Shown: positions 48,679-61,125 of the stretch, piece after piece
How positions within the stretch are numbered: position 1 is the first letter of the stretch
Layout of the letters: the number at the start of each line of letters is the position of its first letter
From: Moniliella sp. 'wahieum'
Taxonomy: Eukaryota
Assembly: GCA_003971905.1 (NCBI GenBank)
Contig: RSEE01000128.1
Span: forward strand, 62,001 to 126,000
Length of the DNA stretch: 64,000 nt
Reading direction: 5' to 3'
Program-made: the position numbers and the translations under genes
The notes under the pieces: generated by a model
Told to the model about the DNA's origin: nothing
The model's input: the letters and a program-made list of their open reading frames with translations, nothing else
Database searches by the model: none

Positions 48679-51600
48679 ATGGCGCTCAACGTCAAGCAGT
48701 TCGGAAGCACCAATGTGCGGTGCGTGACGCTGATTGGCCATGTGGACCACGGCAAGTCGTCCTATGCCGACTCGCTGCTGGCCGCCAACGGGATCATTAG
48801 TTCGCGCATGGCGGGCCAGGTGCGGTACCTGGATGCGCGCGAGGACGAGCAAGAGCGCGGGATCACAATGGAAGCAAGTGCGGTGAGTCTTGTGTTCAAG
48901 CTGCGCAAACATGCTGCTTTGACTGCCCGCTCGCACGACGCTCCGCCCGGGGCAGAGGCCAAGGCGGAGGCCAAGGCAGAGCCCGACCCGGTCGAGGTGG
49001 AGGACTACATGATCAACCTCATCGATACCCCGGGCCATGTCGACTTCTCCTCCGAGGTGTCTTCGGCGAGCAGGCTGTGCGATGGCGCACTGGTGATTGT
49101 GGATGTGGTCGAGGGCGTCTGCACGCAGACCATCACGGTGCTGCGGCAAGCATGGACCGATCGGTTGCGGCCCATCTTGGTGCTCAACAAGATGGACCGG
49201 TTGGTGACTGACTTGCGCCTCACCCCGATTGAGGCGTACCACCACCTGACCCAGGTGTTGGAGAATGTGAATGCAGTCATGGGTTCTTTCTTTGCGTCGG
49301 AGCGGATGGAGGTGGACGAGCGGTGGCACGAGGAGCGCGACAAGCGTCTTGCCGCCCGCCGCGACACGGCCGTTGCCGAGCCCGAGGAAGAGACCGAGCC
49401 AGCGTTTGAGGAACTGAACGACGAAGACATTTACTTTGACCCGGCGCGCGGAAATGTGATTTTTGCCAGTGCGATCGACAACTGGGCGTTCCGGCTGGAG
49501 CGGTTCAGTGTCCTGTATGCCAAAAAGCTCGGGATCGAGGAGGCGCGTTTCCGCAAAGTGTTGTGGGGCGACTACTTTTTCGACCCCAAGGCCAAGCGCG
49601 TACTCACCCTCAAGCAAAAGGAAAAGGAAAACGCAACTTGAAGCCCATGTTTGTCCAGTTTGTCTTGGAAAACCTCTGGGCCGTGTACGAGTCGATGGTT
49701 GTCGATCGCGACCAGGAGAAGATCGAGAAGATTGTCAAGACGTTGGGGATCAAGGTCCTGCCGCGCGACCTGCGCGCCAAGGATACCTCGGCCTTGCGTA
49801 CCACCGTCTTCTCCCAATGGTTGCCTCTCGCCGCTTGCACATTCAGTGCCGTGGTGTCCAACGTGCCTTCGCCCCAGGAGGCGCAGGCCTACCGTGTGCC
49901 CAAGATCCTCCAGCCCGACCTGCCCTACTTCACCACCCCCGAGCAGCTTGCGCCCAAGACCGACGTGGAGAAGGACATGTTTGCCTCCCATGCCGGGCCC
50001 ACCGCGTACGGCGTGGCGTACGTGAGCAAGATGTTTGCTGTGCCGGCGCAGGACATGCCCGAGGCTAAGAAACGCCCGCTCACCGCGGCCGAGATGCGGG
50101 CCAAGGCACAAGAAGCACGCGAACGTGCGCGTGCCATCTCGGCTGCTACGGGCGCAGCGGTGGCAGACAAGCCGACGGAGCCCACGGAGCAGAACGGGAC
50201 CCGGGGCATCGACTTGGAGGCCCACGGCGCTGTGCCCGCTGCCACCACAGCAAGGGAGGAACGCAAACCCGACCCACCGCCAACGGGGGAGGTGCTAATG
50301 GGCTTTGCCCGGCTCTATAGCGGTACGCTCCAAGCCGGCCAGGCGATCCTTGCTGTCCTACCCAAGTACCGCCCCGAGCTCGGTCCGCGCCACCCTGCCA
50401 ACGCGCGCCACCTCAAGCGCGCCACGGTCGAGGCACTGTACATGCTCATGGGCCGGGAACTGGTGGCGGTGCGCGAGGTGCCAGCCGGCAACGTGTTTGG
50501 CATTCGTGGTTTGGACGGTACCGTCTTGCGCAACGCTACGCTCTTTGCGCCGCCCTCGGCCGGCTATGCCGACTTGGACGCCTACCTCGATGCGCCACCA
50601 GCCGTGACGCAGCAGCTTGTCAACTTGTCCACCGTCACCTCCTCGGCCGCGCCCATTGTGCGGGTAGCGTTGGAGCCTGTGAATCCTTGTGCGTATCTTG
50701 AGTCCCTTATCTTTGTGGGTGGTGGAGCGGGGCAGAGACTGACCTTGTGACGATCAAACCAACCAACGAACCAACCAACGAATCCAGCCGAGATCCCCAA
50801 GTTGGTCGAGGGCCTCAAGCTACTGAACCAGTCGGATCCGTGTGTGCAGGTGCTGGTACAGGAGACGGGAGAACATGTGATCATCGGTGCTGGGGAACTG
50901 CATGTGGAACGGTGCGTGCGCGACTTGGAGGAACGCTTTGCCAAGATCAAGATCCAAGTCTCGCCGCCGATTGTGCCCTTTCGTGAGACGGCGGTCAAGG
51001 CGGCCGACATGGCTGCGCCCAAGACCGAAGGCGCCCAACGCGGTACGGTACGTGGCAGCGTGGTGAATGGACTGGTGCAGTTCCAGTTGCGTGCCGTGCC
51101 GCTTCCCACGACCGTGACCGACTTTTTGCTCAAGCACGCGCCTCGATCCAACTCATGCTCCGCCGCGCCCTGCACGGCATGGAGGTCGGAGAGCAAGAGG
51201 ACGAGACAGAGGCCGAGGGTGAGGCCAAGGCTGCCGTCTCTCTCGCCGCGACTGGCGGGGAACGTCTGCTGGACCCCGAGGGCTTGTGGAGTGCCTTCCA
51301 CGCCGTTCTTGCCGCACTTCGCGAGCCCGAATGGAAAGGCGTGGCAGAACAGATTTGGGCATAGGACCGAAACAGGTAGGACCCAATTTGCTGATTGACC
51401 GGTCTGGCGTGCATCCGCTCGGCCTCAAGGCTCGCACCCTCAAGACCCCACGGGCTTGTCCGATGCGCTGGACACGGTGCATCTCGGCGCGGAGGCAGGT
51501 CCCATCCCAGTCCGTGCCGTGACCGATGCCGTGGAGGCGGGGTGGCAGATGGCCATGCAGGCGGGCCCGATGGCGGCCGAGCCGGTGCAGGGCATGGCGT

Positions 51601-52148
51601 ATTTCCTCGAAAAGGTCGAGGTGGAGCAGGGGGAGGAAGGCGCGCATGTGCCGCTGGCCCAGGTCGCTGGCCAAGTGCTCTCGGCCGTGCGGGAGGCGTC
51701 GCGGCAGGCACTGCTGGACTGGTCGCCTCGGCTGATGCTGGCCATGTTTCGTGCGACATCCAGGCATCGACAGAGGTGGTGGGCTGGGAAGGTGCATGCC
51801 TTGCCCGTCGCCGCGGCCGATCACCAGCGAGGAAATGAAGGAGGCACCTCCTTCTTCACCTGTCGGCGCGCTCCTGCCGTGGTGGAGAGCTTTGGGTTTG
51901 CAGATGAGATCCGCAAGCGCACCTCGGGCAACGCGTCGCCGCAGCTGTCTTTGCGGGCTTTGAGCTGTTCGACCTCGACCCGTTCTGGGTGCCGGGACGA
52001 AGACGAGCTGGAAGAGCTCGGGGAAAAGGGCGACCGGGAAAACCTGGCGGAGCGGTACATGAACCAGGTGCGCCGCCGCAAGGGCTTGACCGTCAAGAAG
52101 CGCATTGTCGAGGCGGCCGACAAGCAGCGCACACTCAAGTCCAACTAA
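48679..52148 (+). CDS. RIA1: Elongation factor-like GTPase EFL1 (60S maturation); intron 50689-50787; frameshifts
   Basis: [70 protein letters not shown] and [15 protein letters not shown], ending KQRTLKSN*. Confidence 0.96.
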
Positions 52149-52313
52149 GCTAATCCATCCCCCCTGCGCTGCTGCTCTCTTCTCTCGCTCTCTCTCTTTC
52201 CTTCTGTTCGGGAGGTCTGCCGGTCTGTTTACTTTATAGAAGGAAATACACTTGCTTGATTGAAAGGGGCATCCTAGCAGCACGTGCACGCGGGCGGAAG
52301 GGAGGCGGAGGAT

Positions 52314-52818
52314 TTATTCCTCGGCGGGGTAGTTGTACCTAGCAAACACGGGGGGTCAGCAAGCAGCAGGGCAGGGCAGACGCGCAGACGCAAGGAAAAT
52401 ACTTGGGGTTGAAGAAGAGGCTCTGCGGGCCCCAGGGGAAGTGGGACCTTGTGGTTGAGGTGCTCGTCTTGGGGCGCGGGGCAGCTCGCCGCCGTTCTCA
52501 GCGAGTTCGTGCTTGGTGCTTGGCGTGGGCCAGCTCCTTGCGCCAAAGTAGAAGATGGCCGAGGTGACGGCGGGGACGGCGCAAAGAAGGTGATCTTGGC
52601 CCAGAGCTTGCCGAGTGGGCGGCGTGGCCGCGTACTGCTCCTGGTGCTTGTGAAGGCGGCGGCCTTGGCGGGGTCGGGGGGGACAAAGCCAAAGTACTCC
52701 TGCGGGATGGGTGCGCCGGGGGGAACTCCTTGATGGGGGCGGAGTGGGCGAGGCGGGGAGACGCGCTGGCGGTGCGCGTGGCGGTCGGGGCGGGGCGGGT
52801 GGCGGAGCGGGGGAGCAT
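52314..52818 (-). CDS. COX13: Cytochrome c oxidase subunit VIa; intron near the 3' end
   Basis: Presequence, then HAAHSAS(L)WAKITFF..VPAV TM region, ELAHAKH, EHLNHKVPLP and SLFFNPK|YNYPAEE* (GTATTT..GCTGAC..TAG intron). Confidence 0.85.
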
Positions 52819-53140
52819 GGCGGTGGGTGGTGGTGGTGGTGCTGGTGGTGGTGCGGCTGGTGGTGGTGGTGCGGCTGGTGGTGCGCTACTCGAGAGCAGT
52901 CAGTCTGTCCGTCAGTCGGCAGCACCCAGCGGCCCAAGTGGGCTGCTTTTGCGTTCTGCGGCCGCCTCTTGCCGGGCCCGCCCGCCGACACTCGCCCCGT
53001 GCCGCCAGCGCTGCCGGCCGTGCTGGATTAGTAAACGGCATCCATCACCCGCCAGCCGCGGTGATCTCCGTTCCGCCTGTTCCGCCCGGCTGTTTCCTCT
53101 GGGTTACATGTTACAGGCACCTGAGCCCACAAAACCACAG

Positions 53141-54508
53141 CTAGATATACCACCGCACGGACGTCAGAACAACTGGCAGCATCGCGTCTTCGTCCATTGC
53201 ATTCTCACAGCTCGGCGGTGGCGCGGTGGCGGTGGACTGGTGCATCAGACTCAGGAACGCCGCCTCGCCCGCCGCGGCGGCTGGCTTTGGGCTGCTGGTG
53301 GTGGTGCTGGTGACGCTGCTGCTGGCGGTGGTGGTAGTGCTGCTGCTGCTTGGCCCATGGGAGCACGCGTGGGCAGCGGCCAGGCCCGCCCTCTGGGCGT
53401 GGCGGCCTCTTGGCTGTGCCCTGGGCGCGGCTCGGGCGCGGCGTGTGCTCCGTGACGAGCATCTGGACAAACTGGGCCAGGGTGCGGCACTGGCCTGCCT
53501 CGCTACTGCGCTCATGCGCCACGTGGAACGCCTCCTGCACCACCAGCAGTCGCTGCAGATGCGCATGTAGCTCCGCCAAGCCTTCGCCCGAGCCCGCCAC
53601 GGCCGCGGCAAACGCACCGGCTTCGACGGCCCGTTGGAGCGAGGGGGGTCTACCACTTGCTCCTCCCGCTCCTCCCGCTCCTCCCGCTCCTCCCCCTCCG
53701 CACGCTCCGCGACGTACGCCGCATACTCTCCCCCCACGGCGGGCGATCGAGCTGGGCCAAGGCGGCTGCACAAGGGTGCGCGCGCATAGGGCCAACAATG
53801 GCCAGGAAGAGGTTCTTGGGGCCCTCGGCGCGCGGCCGCTTGGGCAAGAGCGTGGGAAGTAGCAGCCCCGGCGCGCCCACTTTGCGCTTTTGCGGCGAGG
53901 GACTGGCTTCGGCAATGTTGTTCTGTCGTCCGGTACGCAGGGACGGGGACGCGTCCGGACTGGCAAGCTGCAGTGCCGCTTTGGGTGAAGGAGGTGACGC
54001 TACAGAACCAGACATGGTCCATGGTTCGGCGCAAGCTACCGGACCAACATCGGTGTCGCCTGCTGCCGCTGCCTGCGCATCGGCTCCAACCGTCGTTGGC
54101 ACCGTGTCCGTTTCCGTTTCCGTGGCCGTGTGCGTTCCGGTTCCTGTTTCCGGTTGCATCGCGGGCGCGGGAGGAGCCAGAGGCTCGGCCACGAGAAGTG
54201 CTGAGGACCGAGTGCCTTGCGTGACTGCATCCCCCGTGCCTGTAGGAGTGGCAGTGACTTGCGTATCGGCGCGCGTAGGGGTCGTCTCCTCTGCTGGGGC
54301 AGGCAAGATCGTAGTAGGAGAGCAAGCCAGGCCTGACTCGGACACGGGCGTGTTCCCGCGTCCTGGTCCTGGGTCGAGGGGAAGACAGAGACGAGGCCTG
54401 GGCATCTTCGTCCGACCGGGCTGGGTGCGGGGAGTGAGGTAGAGGCGGAGGTGGGGGCGACAGGGGCTGCGCGTCACACTGCTGAGACGACTGGGGCGTA
54501 GGCTGGGG

Positions 54509-54539
<31 letters not shown>

Positions 54540-55206
54540 AGCTGCGATGGCGACGACTGAGACGATGCAAGCGGGGGCGGGGGCGACGCGGGTGACTGGT
54601 AGGCGCGCAACACGGCGCGCTCAGCCTTTTCGGCGGCGGCTTGCTGGGCTAGGCGCTCCAACGTGCTTAGCACATGCCGCTTGCGCCCGCTACCCCCGCT
54701 GTAGCGGATGGAGCCAGGTGCCTCGGTGGCGACGGGCCCGCGTTCGGGGGGAGGGGCAGGCCAGCGTGCGGGGCCAGGCCCAGCTGGGGTCGCGGTGGCG
54801 GTGGCGGGCGAGGAAGGGCTGGTGCGAGGGGCGTGGGAGCGATGGAGGAGCGAGTGGGGGGGGCGGTGGGCGGGGTACGGGGGTGCTGGGGGTGGAGGTA
54901 GGAGTGGAAGTGGAGGGCGTGGCGGTGGGCGCGCTGGCCAGGTCGGCATGCACCACCACCACCTCGCGGTCGCGCAGGAAGGGCAGTGCGTCTTCGCAGA
55001 TCTCCACCCGCTCGTCGGCGAGCGTGAGGCGGAGCGGCGCCTGGGCCGGCAGCGCAAACAGCACGCGTGCTTTGGCGCGCAGCTCGTCGGCGGTGCGGCG
55101 GGCAGGGCGGTGAGGAAGGTCTGGGCGGTGGGGAGGGCCCGCGCAGCTGGACGGCCTGCACGCCGCGCCCGCTGCGCGACGAGGACGACGAGGACGAAGG
55201 CCGCAT
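53141..55206 (-). CDS. Hypothetical protein: N-terminal ubiquitin-like/PB1-like segment, long low-complexity middle, C-terminal degenerate bromodomain-like segment
   Basis: Coding-like ordered blocks TFLTALPARRTADELRAKARVLFAL..LRLTLADERVEICEDALPFLRDREVVVV and SLQRAVEAGAF..LAELHAHLQRLL..SSEAGQCRTLAQFV. Fold assignments are by eye. Confidence 0.55.
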
Positions 55207-55520
55207 CGGGGGGGACGCCGGCGGTGGTGGCGGTGCGCCCAAGCCGGCGGCGCGGCCTCGGCGGTCGGCCTGTCGGCGCCGCGTCGCGTTGGTCGCGTCG
55301 CGTGGCGCGCCAGTCGCAGGCGTGATTGCAATTTTCACTTCTATTCCGAGTTCCGCGCGCGGCCGTCGCGGTGCTATCGTACATCGCACTAACGTCTCGC
55401 TCGTCTATCCAAGGGCGGGGCAGCGGGCAGCAATAAGCATGGATGGTATGGAAGCAGCACAGCGCTCCAGGCCCAGCCGTTTTGGGACACAACACAACAC
55501 ACGAGAGCACCGCACAGCGC

Positions 55521-56907
55521 CTACTCGTCCTCGGCAAACGCCCCCGGCGGCAGCTCCCCCGGGTGCTCCTTCTCCCACTCGGCCACCTCGTGCGCCGCCG
55601 CGTTCTGCGCCGTGCCGAGGTAGATCAGGTCGATCAGAATGCTCGTCGACACCGCCAGCATCAGCAGCGCCGACAGCACAACCAGACCCTTGCGTTCCTC
55701 GGGGTTGAACGGGCGCGGGAGCGCGCCCGGGTGGAAGCGGAACTCGGTTTGGCCCTGCGCCGTCTGACCGGGTCGACGGCGACCATGTAGCCGTCGGGAA
55801 GAGCGAGTAGAAGTGCTTGCTGGCCTTGTCAAAGAAGACGACGGCATGGGCCAGCACAGCGGGGGGCACCCCGGCTTGCTGCAAAAACGCCGTCTGCGGC
55901 GGCGTGACATACTTCTCTTCCAGCTCCGTCTCCTCGCGCGCCGTCAGGCCAGCGTCGGCCACGGGGCTGTGGACCTTGTCCTCCTCCACCACCTGGTGCA
56001 CCGCAGGCGGCTTGACTGTCTTGGGCGTCTCGGGCACAGCGTGCAGAATGGGGATCGCAGAGGGAATCACCGCGGGGCCGAAACGGTCTTGGGCTTGGCA
56101 GGGAAGGGGATCTGAATGTTGAACGTCTCTGGCGCCTGCTTCAGTGCCCGCGGCGGCATCCCAGGCGCATTTTCCCCCGCCTTACGCAGCTGGTTCCCAG
56201 TCGGAGGCACCCGGCCCGACGAAGCCGGCGTCTCGGCAGTGGAGGCTACGACCACCTCGGGATCGATGGCCAAGTCCTTGTGCGCAAGACTGGCGTCAGA
56301 AAGCGTCGACGTTCCTCTTGGGGGGATCGGCGGGGGGGAGGGTGGCCTTTGGCTTGGCCTCGGGCGCAGAACGGGCGGGCGAGGGTGTGTCTGGGGGGGG
56401 AGGGGGGGCTCGGGTACACGTTCTGGCTCCTGGGGGGGCGCTGGTGCCGGAGCAGGGGTAGGTGCCGGTGCCGGAGCTGGTGTTGGTGCTGGGGCTGGGG
56501 CCGTGGCGGGAGCAGACGCCGGTTCGGCGGCGGCCTCTGCCTTCTTGGGTGGGGCAGCTTTCTTGGGGGTGGGCTCCTTGGGTGCGTCCTTGGGAGACGA
56601 GGGCTTGGGCGCGGCCTTGGCCGGGGCCTTGGGCGGCGGCGAGGGCTTGGCGGCGGCCTTGGGCGGGGACTTGGGCGCGGGCTTGGCCGACTCGTCAGAC
56701 GCGTCCTTGGCCTTGGGAGCGGCGGCGGCGGCGGCCGCAGCAGCAGCGGCGGCCTTGGGCTTGCGCTTTTTCTTGGCGGCCCAGTCGCTGGCGGAGGAGG
56801 AGAGGGTGCGGGCGGCGGGTGTGGGCGTGGGCGGGGAGGGGCGCGCGGGCGGCGGGGACGCGGGGCAGGGCGCGCGCGGTGGCGGCGAGGAGGCGCGGGC
56901 GGAACAT
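55521..56907 (-). CDS. Hypothetical mitochondrial membrane protein
   Basis: Arg/Ala-rich presequence MFRPRLLAATARALPRV, a Lys/Pro/Ala-rich linker, and a C-terminal TM segment GLVVLSALLMLAVSTSILIDLIYLG. Confidence 0.65.
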
Positions 56908-57217
56908 GGTGGGCAGCAGCAGGAGGAGCGCCGACTAACAAAGAGAAGAAGTGAAGCTTCATTGATGCGGCTGCCCAGGCGGCCGGAAGAGGCTGCGCAC
57001 CCGCCGGCACTGGCGCCGTGCCCCGCGCCGCTCCCGATCCCACCCGGCGGCCGCCTGCGATTTGAAATCTGTCGCGCCGAAGAAAAAAAAAGAAGAGGCG
57101 CGCACGTGACGGGGCGGCTTCCGCCGGCGGAACCAGCCGCGCCGCCTTCTGGCGCTTCGCCCGCTCTTTGCCGCCAATCTTCTTGCCCCCGACCGTAGAC
57201 GACGCTTCCACCCGGCC

Positions 57218-58313
57218 ATGGCGACCATGCTCGTGCGCGCCCCCGCCACCGCCGCCGGCGCGTCGCCGCCCACACCTCGCGCCCACACGCCCCCGCCCTC
57301 GCCCACACGCGCGCCCTCGCCACCTCCGCCGCCGCGCGCCTCGACCACGTGTACCCGCGCTACGTCACCCCCCCCCCGTGCTCCAGATCGGCCCACCGTG
57401 CCCAGCCGGCTCAACGAGGCCTTCCACACCCTCTCCCGCGACCTGATGTACATCACCTACGACGGCACCACCCTCGAGGACTCCTTCCGCCAGCAGGCCG
57501 AGTGGGCCAAGAAGCTCACCCGCACCCTCGACCCCAACAACCCCTACTCCAAGAACCATGCTTCGCCCGGCCTCCGCGGCGTCAGCGCCCTCCCCCCCAC
57601 GCCACCGTGCTCAACCCCCGCCACCTCCTCAAGTCTCTCCCGCCGTCGAAAAGGTCTACATCCACTGCGTCGTCCAGAGCGCCATCTACCAGAAGGCCAA
57701 GCTCGTCCCCGTCATGGCCCAGCTGCGCGCCATCACCGGCCTGCCCATCCTCAAGTCCGCCCTCTCCCCGATGGCGGCACCAAGGAAACTTTTACCGAGG
57801 GCTACATTGGCGTCATGCTTGCTAAGCGTAACGTGGCCCGTCGCAAGGTCCGTGTGGGCATGCCCATTGGTGTCGCTGCCGAGCTCAACGGCCCCTTTGC
57901 CCTCGAGTTCCTCGACACGCTCGCCACGTGCGTCTTGCCCCGCATGCGCTCCTTCCAGGGCATCAAGCTGCCCCCGCCCAGGGCCTACCTCTTGTCCAAC
58001 TCGGCCATGTCCGGCTCGGTCCAGATCAACCTCGAGGCAGAGGCCATGCCCCTCTTCCCCCAGACCGAAGTCAACTGGGACTCCTACCCGGGCACGCCCT
58101 TTGGCATTGCAGTACGTTTTGTTTCTCCTTGGTTTGCGCTCCCCCCCCCCATTCGCTATGGCTCGTATGGAAGAACTAACCATCCCCCCGCTCGTCCGCC
58201 CGGCTCAGATCACCATCCAGACCAACCAACGTGGCCCTGGAGGAACCGAAAAGGCACGCCTTCTTCTCAGTGGAATGGGCTTGCCCTTTGTCCGTCCCGG
58301 CGATATCGCCTAA
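57218..58313 (+). CDS. MRPL7: Mitochondrial ribosomal protein uL5m; intron 58112-58208
   Basis: SRLNEAFHTLSRDLMYITY, PNNPYSKN, AQLRAITG, KVRVGMPIGVAAEL, FLDTLATCVLPRMRSFQGI, LFPQTEVNWDSYP and ARLLLSGMGLPF. Confidence 0.93.
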
Positions 58314-59170
58314 GGGGTGGCAACGCGTAGGACTAATGGATATGCTTGCTATTCTGCACTCTCGTTTTGGTTCATGTACATGTACATGACATGCACGTGT
58401 ACATGCACATCCATCCATACTCCTCCCGCGCAGCAAACACAGATAGACTCCCAACCGGGCGGGCTCATAACGGCTCCTCTGCCACCCGAGCACCGCCACC
58501 ACAACCACAACCCCCTCCGGCCGAGCGAGAGAGGCATGGGAGGATAACATGTTTTGCGGCGTCGGGGGGATGATATGGATTAGTAGCTGGCCTAGCCACA
58601 CTCCCGGCGGGCGCAGCCCGCTTTCCTTCTCCCTTTCTCTCAGTGTTTCTAGCTGCTTGTGTCCTTGCCGCCATCACGCTCTTGGCTCTATACTCTTAAC
58701 CTCGTTACCACTCATTGATTTTGATTCGCTCTCGATTAGCCTCTAGCTTAACGTTTAACCACCGCCACGGTTTAAGGTATCTGAGTAGCAGGGCAATAGT
58801 GTATTCGACACGGAGGTGTCAAGAGCCTGTAAGTAAGGACGTTAACGCCGTGAATGACGCTGTTTCGGCCTTTGGCCTCACCGAGGCGTCAAGAGAAACC
58901 TTAAAGATGCGTGATGAGGCGTATTGGCCCGCCCGCCCCGCCTACTCAGTAATCACTCCCTTGTTTGCTTTCCTGAGCAGCTTGGCTTAGACAGCGCAGC
59001 CGTTGGCGCACGCTCTCTCGATCTCATAAGGCATAAGGCTGCCTTGCTACGTCGATGCGCCACCCATGAGCAGCTACTGTGCCCTTGCTCGCCTCCTAGA
59101 TGAAGGCAGGAAGAAATACAAAAGCGTGGCAGGACTACAGCCCCTGAATCTGTTAACGATCTCCTCGCCC

Positions 59171-59177
59171 TATAAAA
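59171..59177 (+). promoter_or_regulatory. TATA box TATAAAA followed by a CT-rich tract
   Basis: About 80 bp upstream of ATG 59252. Confidence 0.5.
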
Positions 59178-59251
59178 GGTGTAGCGAAGCGCTAAGAGCT
59201 CTCTCCGCCCAACCGCGCCATTCTTCGCTCCCGACTCCTGTCCCTTCTCAC

Positions 59252-60098
59252 ATGATCACCACAGACATCGACATCCCCCGTCAAGAGGGGAGACACCAGG
59301 AGGCCATGATGGTTGCCGTACTGAACGCCGAGTTGGCACACCCGATGCCGCGTCCTCTCTGGAATGAAATCGTGGGTCCCTCGGTGGTCAAGACGCTACC
59401 GAAGCTGGAGGGTGAAGCGGCAAGGCCAGATGTATGAGTTGGTGCAGGTCCAGAACCAGGTGGTTACGGACCTACACTCCATTTCGGGAATTATAGTTCC
59501 AGCCTTAATCAACGGTGAGGTGCTCACACCGACGAGAGTCCTCGTCGACCTGGCCGCTTCGCCATGGCGCAAACAGACATTGGGCTGGGAGACCGGGCCC
59601 AGCGGTTGGTGTTTGTCGAAGAAGTCTTTGGCCCAGTCTTTCAAATAGAAGAGCAATGTGGTCGTCTGCTCTCGGATCTAACGAGACGCTTCGCCCTGGA
59701 GGTCCGCGGCGAGTTGTTTCAGGGGTGGGGGATATTGTAGTGCATGCGCTCTCGGACCCCAAATTTCAGGAAGCATTTGAGGTGTACAGCCTGTCCTACC
59801 GGGCGAGAAAGGCTCGCATTACCAAGCAGATTGAGACCAATGCACCCTTCAAAGTACTCTGGGATGAACTGTGTCGCGCCCAGAACTCCGCTTGAATCAT
59901 GGAGCGCAACATCCCATCACGGGCCCAAGGCCGACTTCTATTATCAATCTATGAGGCTTTAATTGGAAGGTCATCGACAGTCCTACCGACTCGGACGAAC
60001 TTGACAACCTGAGAGAAGCCCGGTCGTTGACAAGGAACATGATGGCGCGGATCGATGCTAATAAGTTCAGGGGCGCTCCCACACCTGGGACCTACTGA
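59252..60098 (+). CDS. Orphan hypothetical protein (about 280 aa, stitched from overlapping ORFs)
   Basis: Chain of overlapping + strand frames 59066-59437, 59364-59648, 59515-59895 and onward to KFRGAPTPGTY*, with TATA upstream. No motif recognised. Confidence 0.4.
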
Positions 60099-61125
60099 TG
60101 GCATGTGACATCTGCAAAGACCAAGGATGTTCCCCTTCACCACCGTTCTTTCTCGATGACGTGTTGCCCATTTTCTTCATTATTTCTTCGGGGGCTTGTC
60201 TACATCTGTTTCTTTCGTCGGAGCGACCTTGCACAACTGTGGCGGCAATCAAGGTGAGCGGTGTAGACAAAAGGCCATGCGTGACGACTTCGCGGTTCGT
60301 CAGGCTCGGACCTTGCACACCGTCGGTGCGATGAAGACAATTGACGTGGCCGGCTGGGTGTGTATGCGCGTATTAACTTTTTTCTCTTCTACAACCGCAC
60401 CCGACTCCTCTTGTGTTTGGCCACCAGGATAGCTTCGTGGGACCGTTCATCAGCAAGCACCACTCGGAAGCGCTTGCCGCTCGAACACATTCATTCCATA
60501 CACGGAAGTCGTCGTCTTTCGTGGGTCTATGCACCAACAAGGCTTTGTTCATGACAATCCGCCGCCAATCCTATCCTACTTGACAGTCTCATTCACCTGT
60601 CAGATCCGTCGATACAGATGAAAAAAGCTAAAAGCAAACCTTACAACAATAGTAGAGAGTGGCATAGGAAGACAACGATGGCATAGTACTAGGGCGGAAG
60701 TAGATCTCCGTCGATAACACGACTATTCCGTTGCGAACAAAGAAAAACGAAAAATGGACGATAAGGAGACAAGAGGCAGGATTCCTGACCCTAGTCAATA
60801 GGACAAGAACAGACCAAAAGGCGAGCACAGGTGTTGAAAGAGAATGGGGCGACAGACAGAGGAAATCAAGATCATTGGTGTAAGCAGGACGGAATCCAAA
60901 CAAGAACGAGACGAAACGTGGCGACAAAGCAGTTGGAATCAGGGAACATGGAGCAGGCAGAGCGCCCCCGCCTGTGCCAGCAGGGCGGGGGGAAGAAAAT
61001 CGGAACGCATCCAAATCGAGCAGACGATATTCTTTTCGTTGAGGACGATGGGGAAAATGGGGGACAGCAGGGCGCCTTACAGCCTAGCAAGAAACTGACG
61101 GAAGGCGAAGACACAAACTCCTGCA

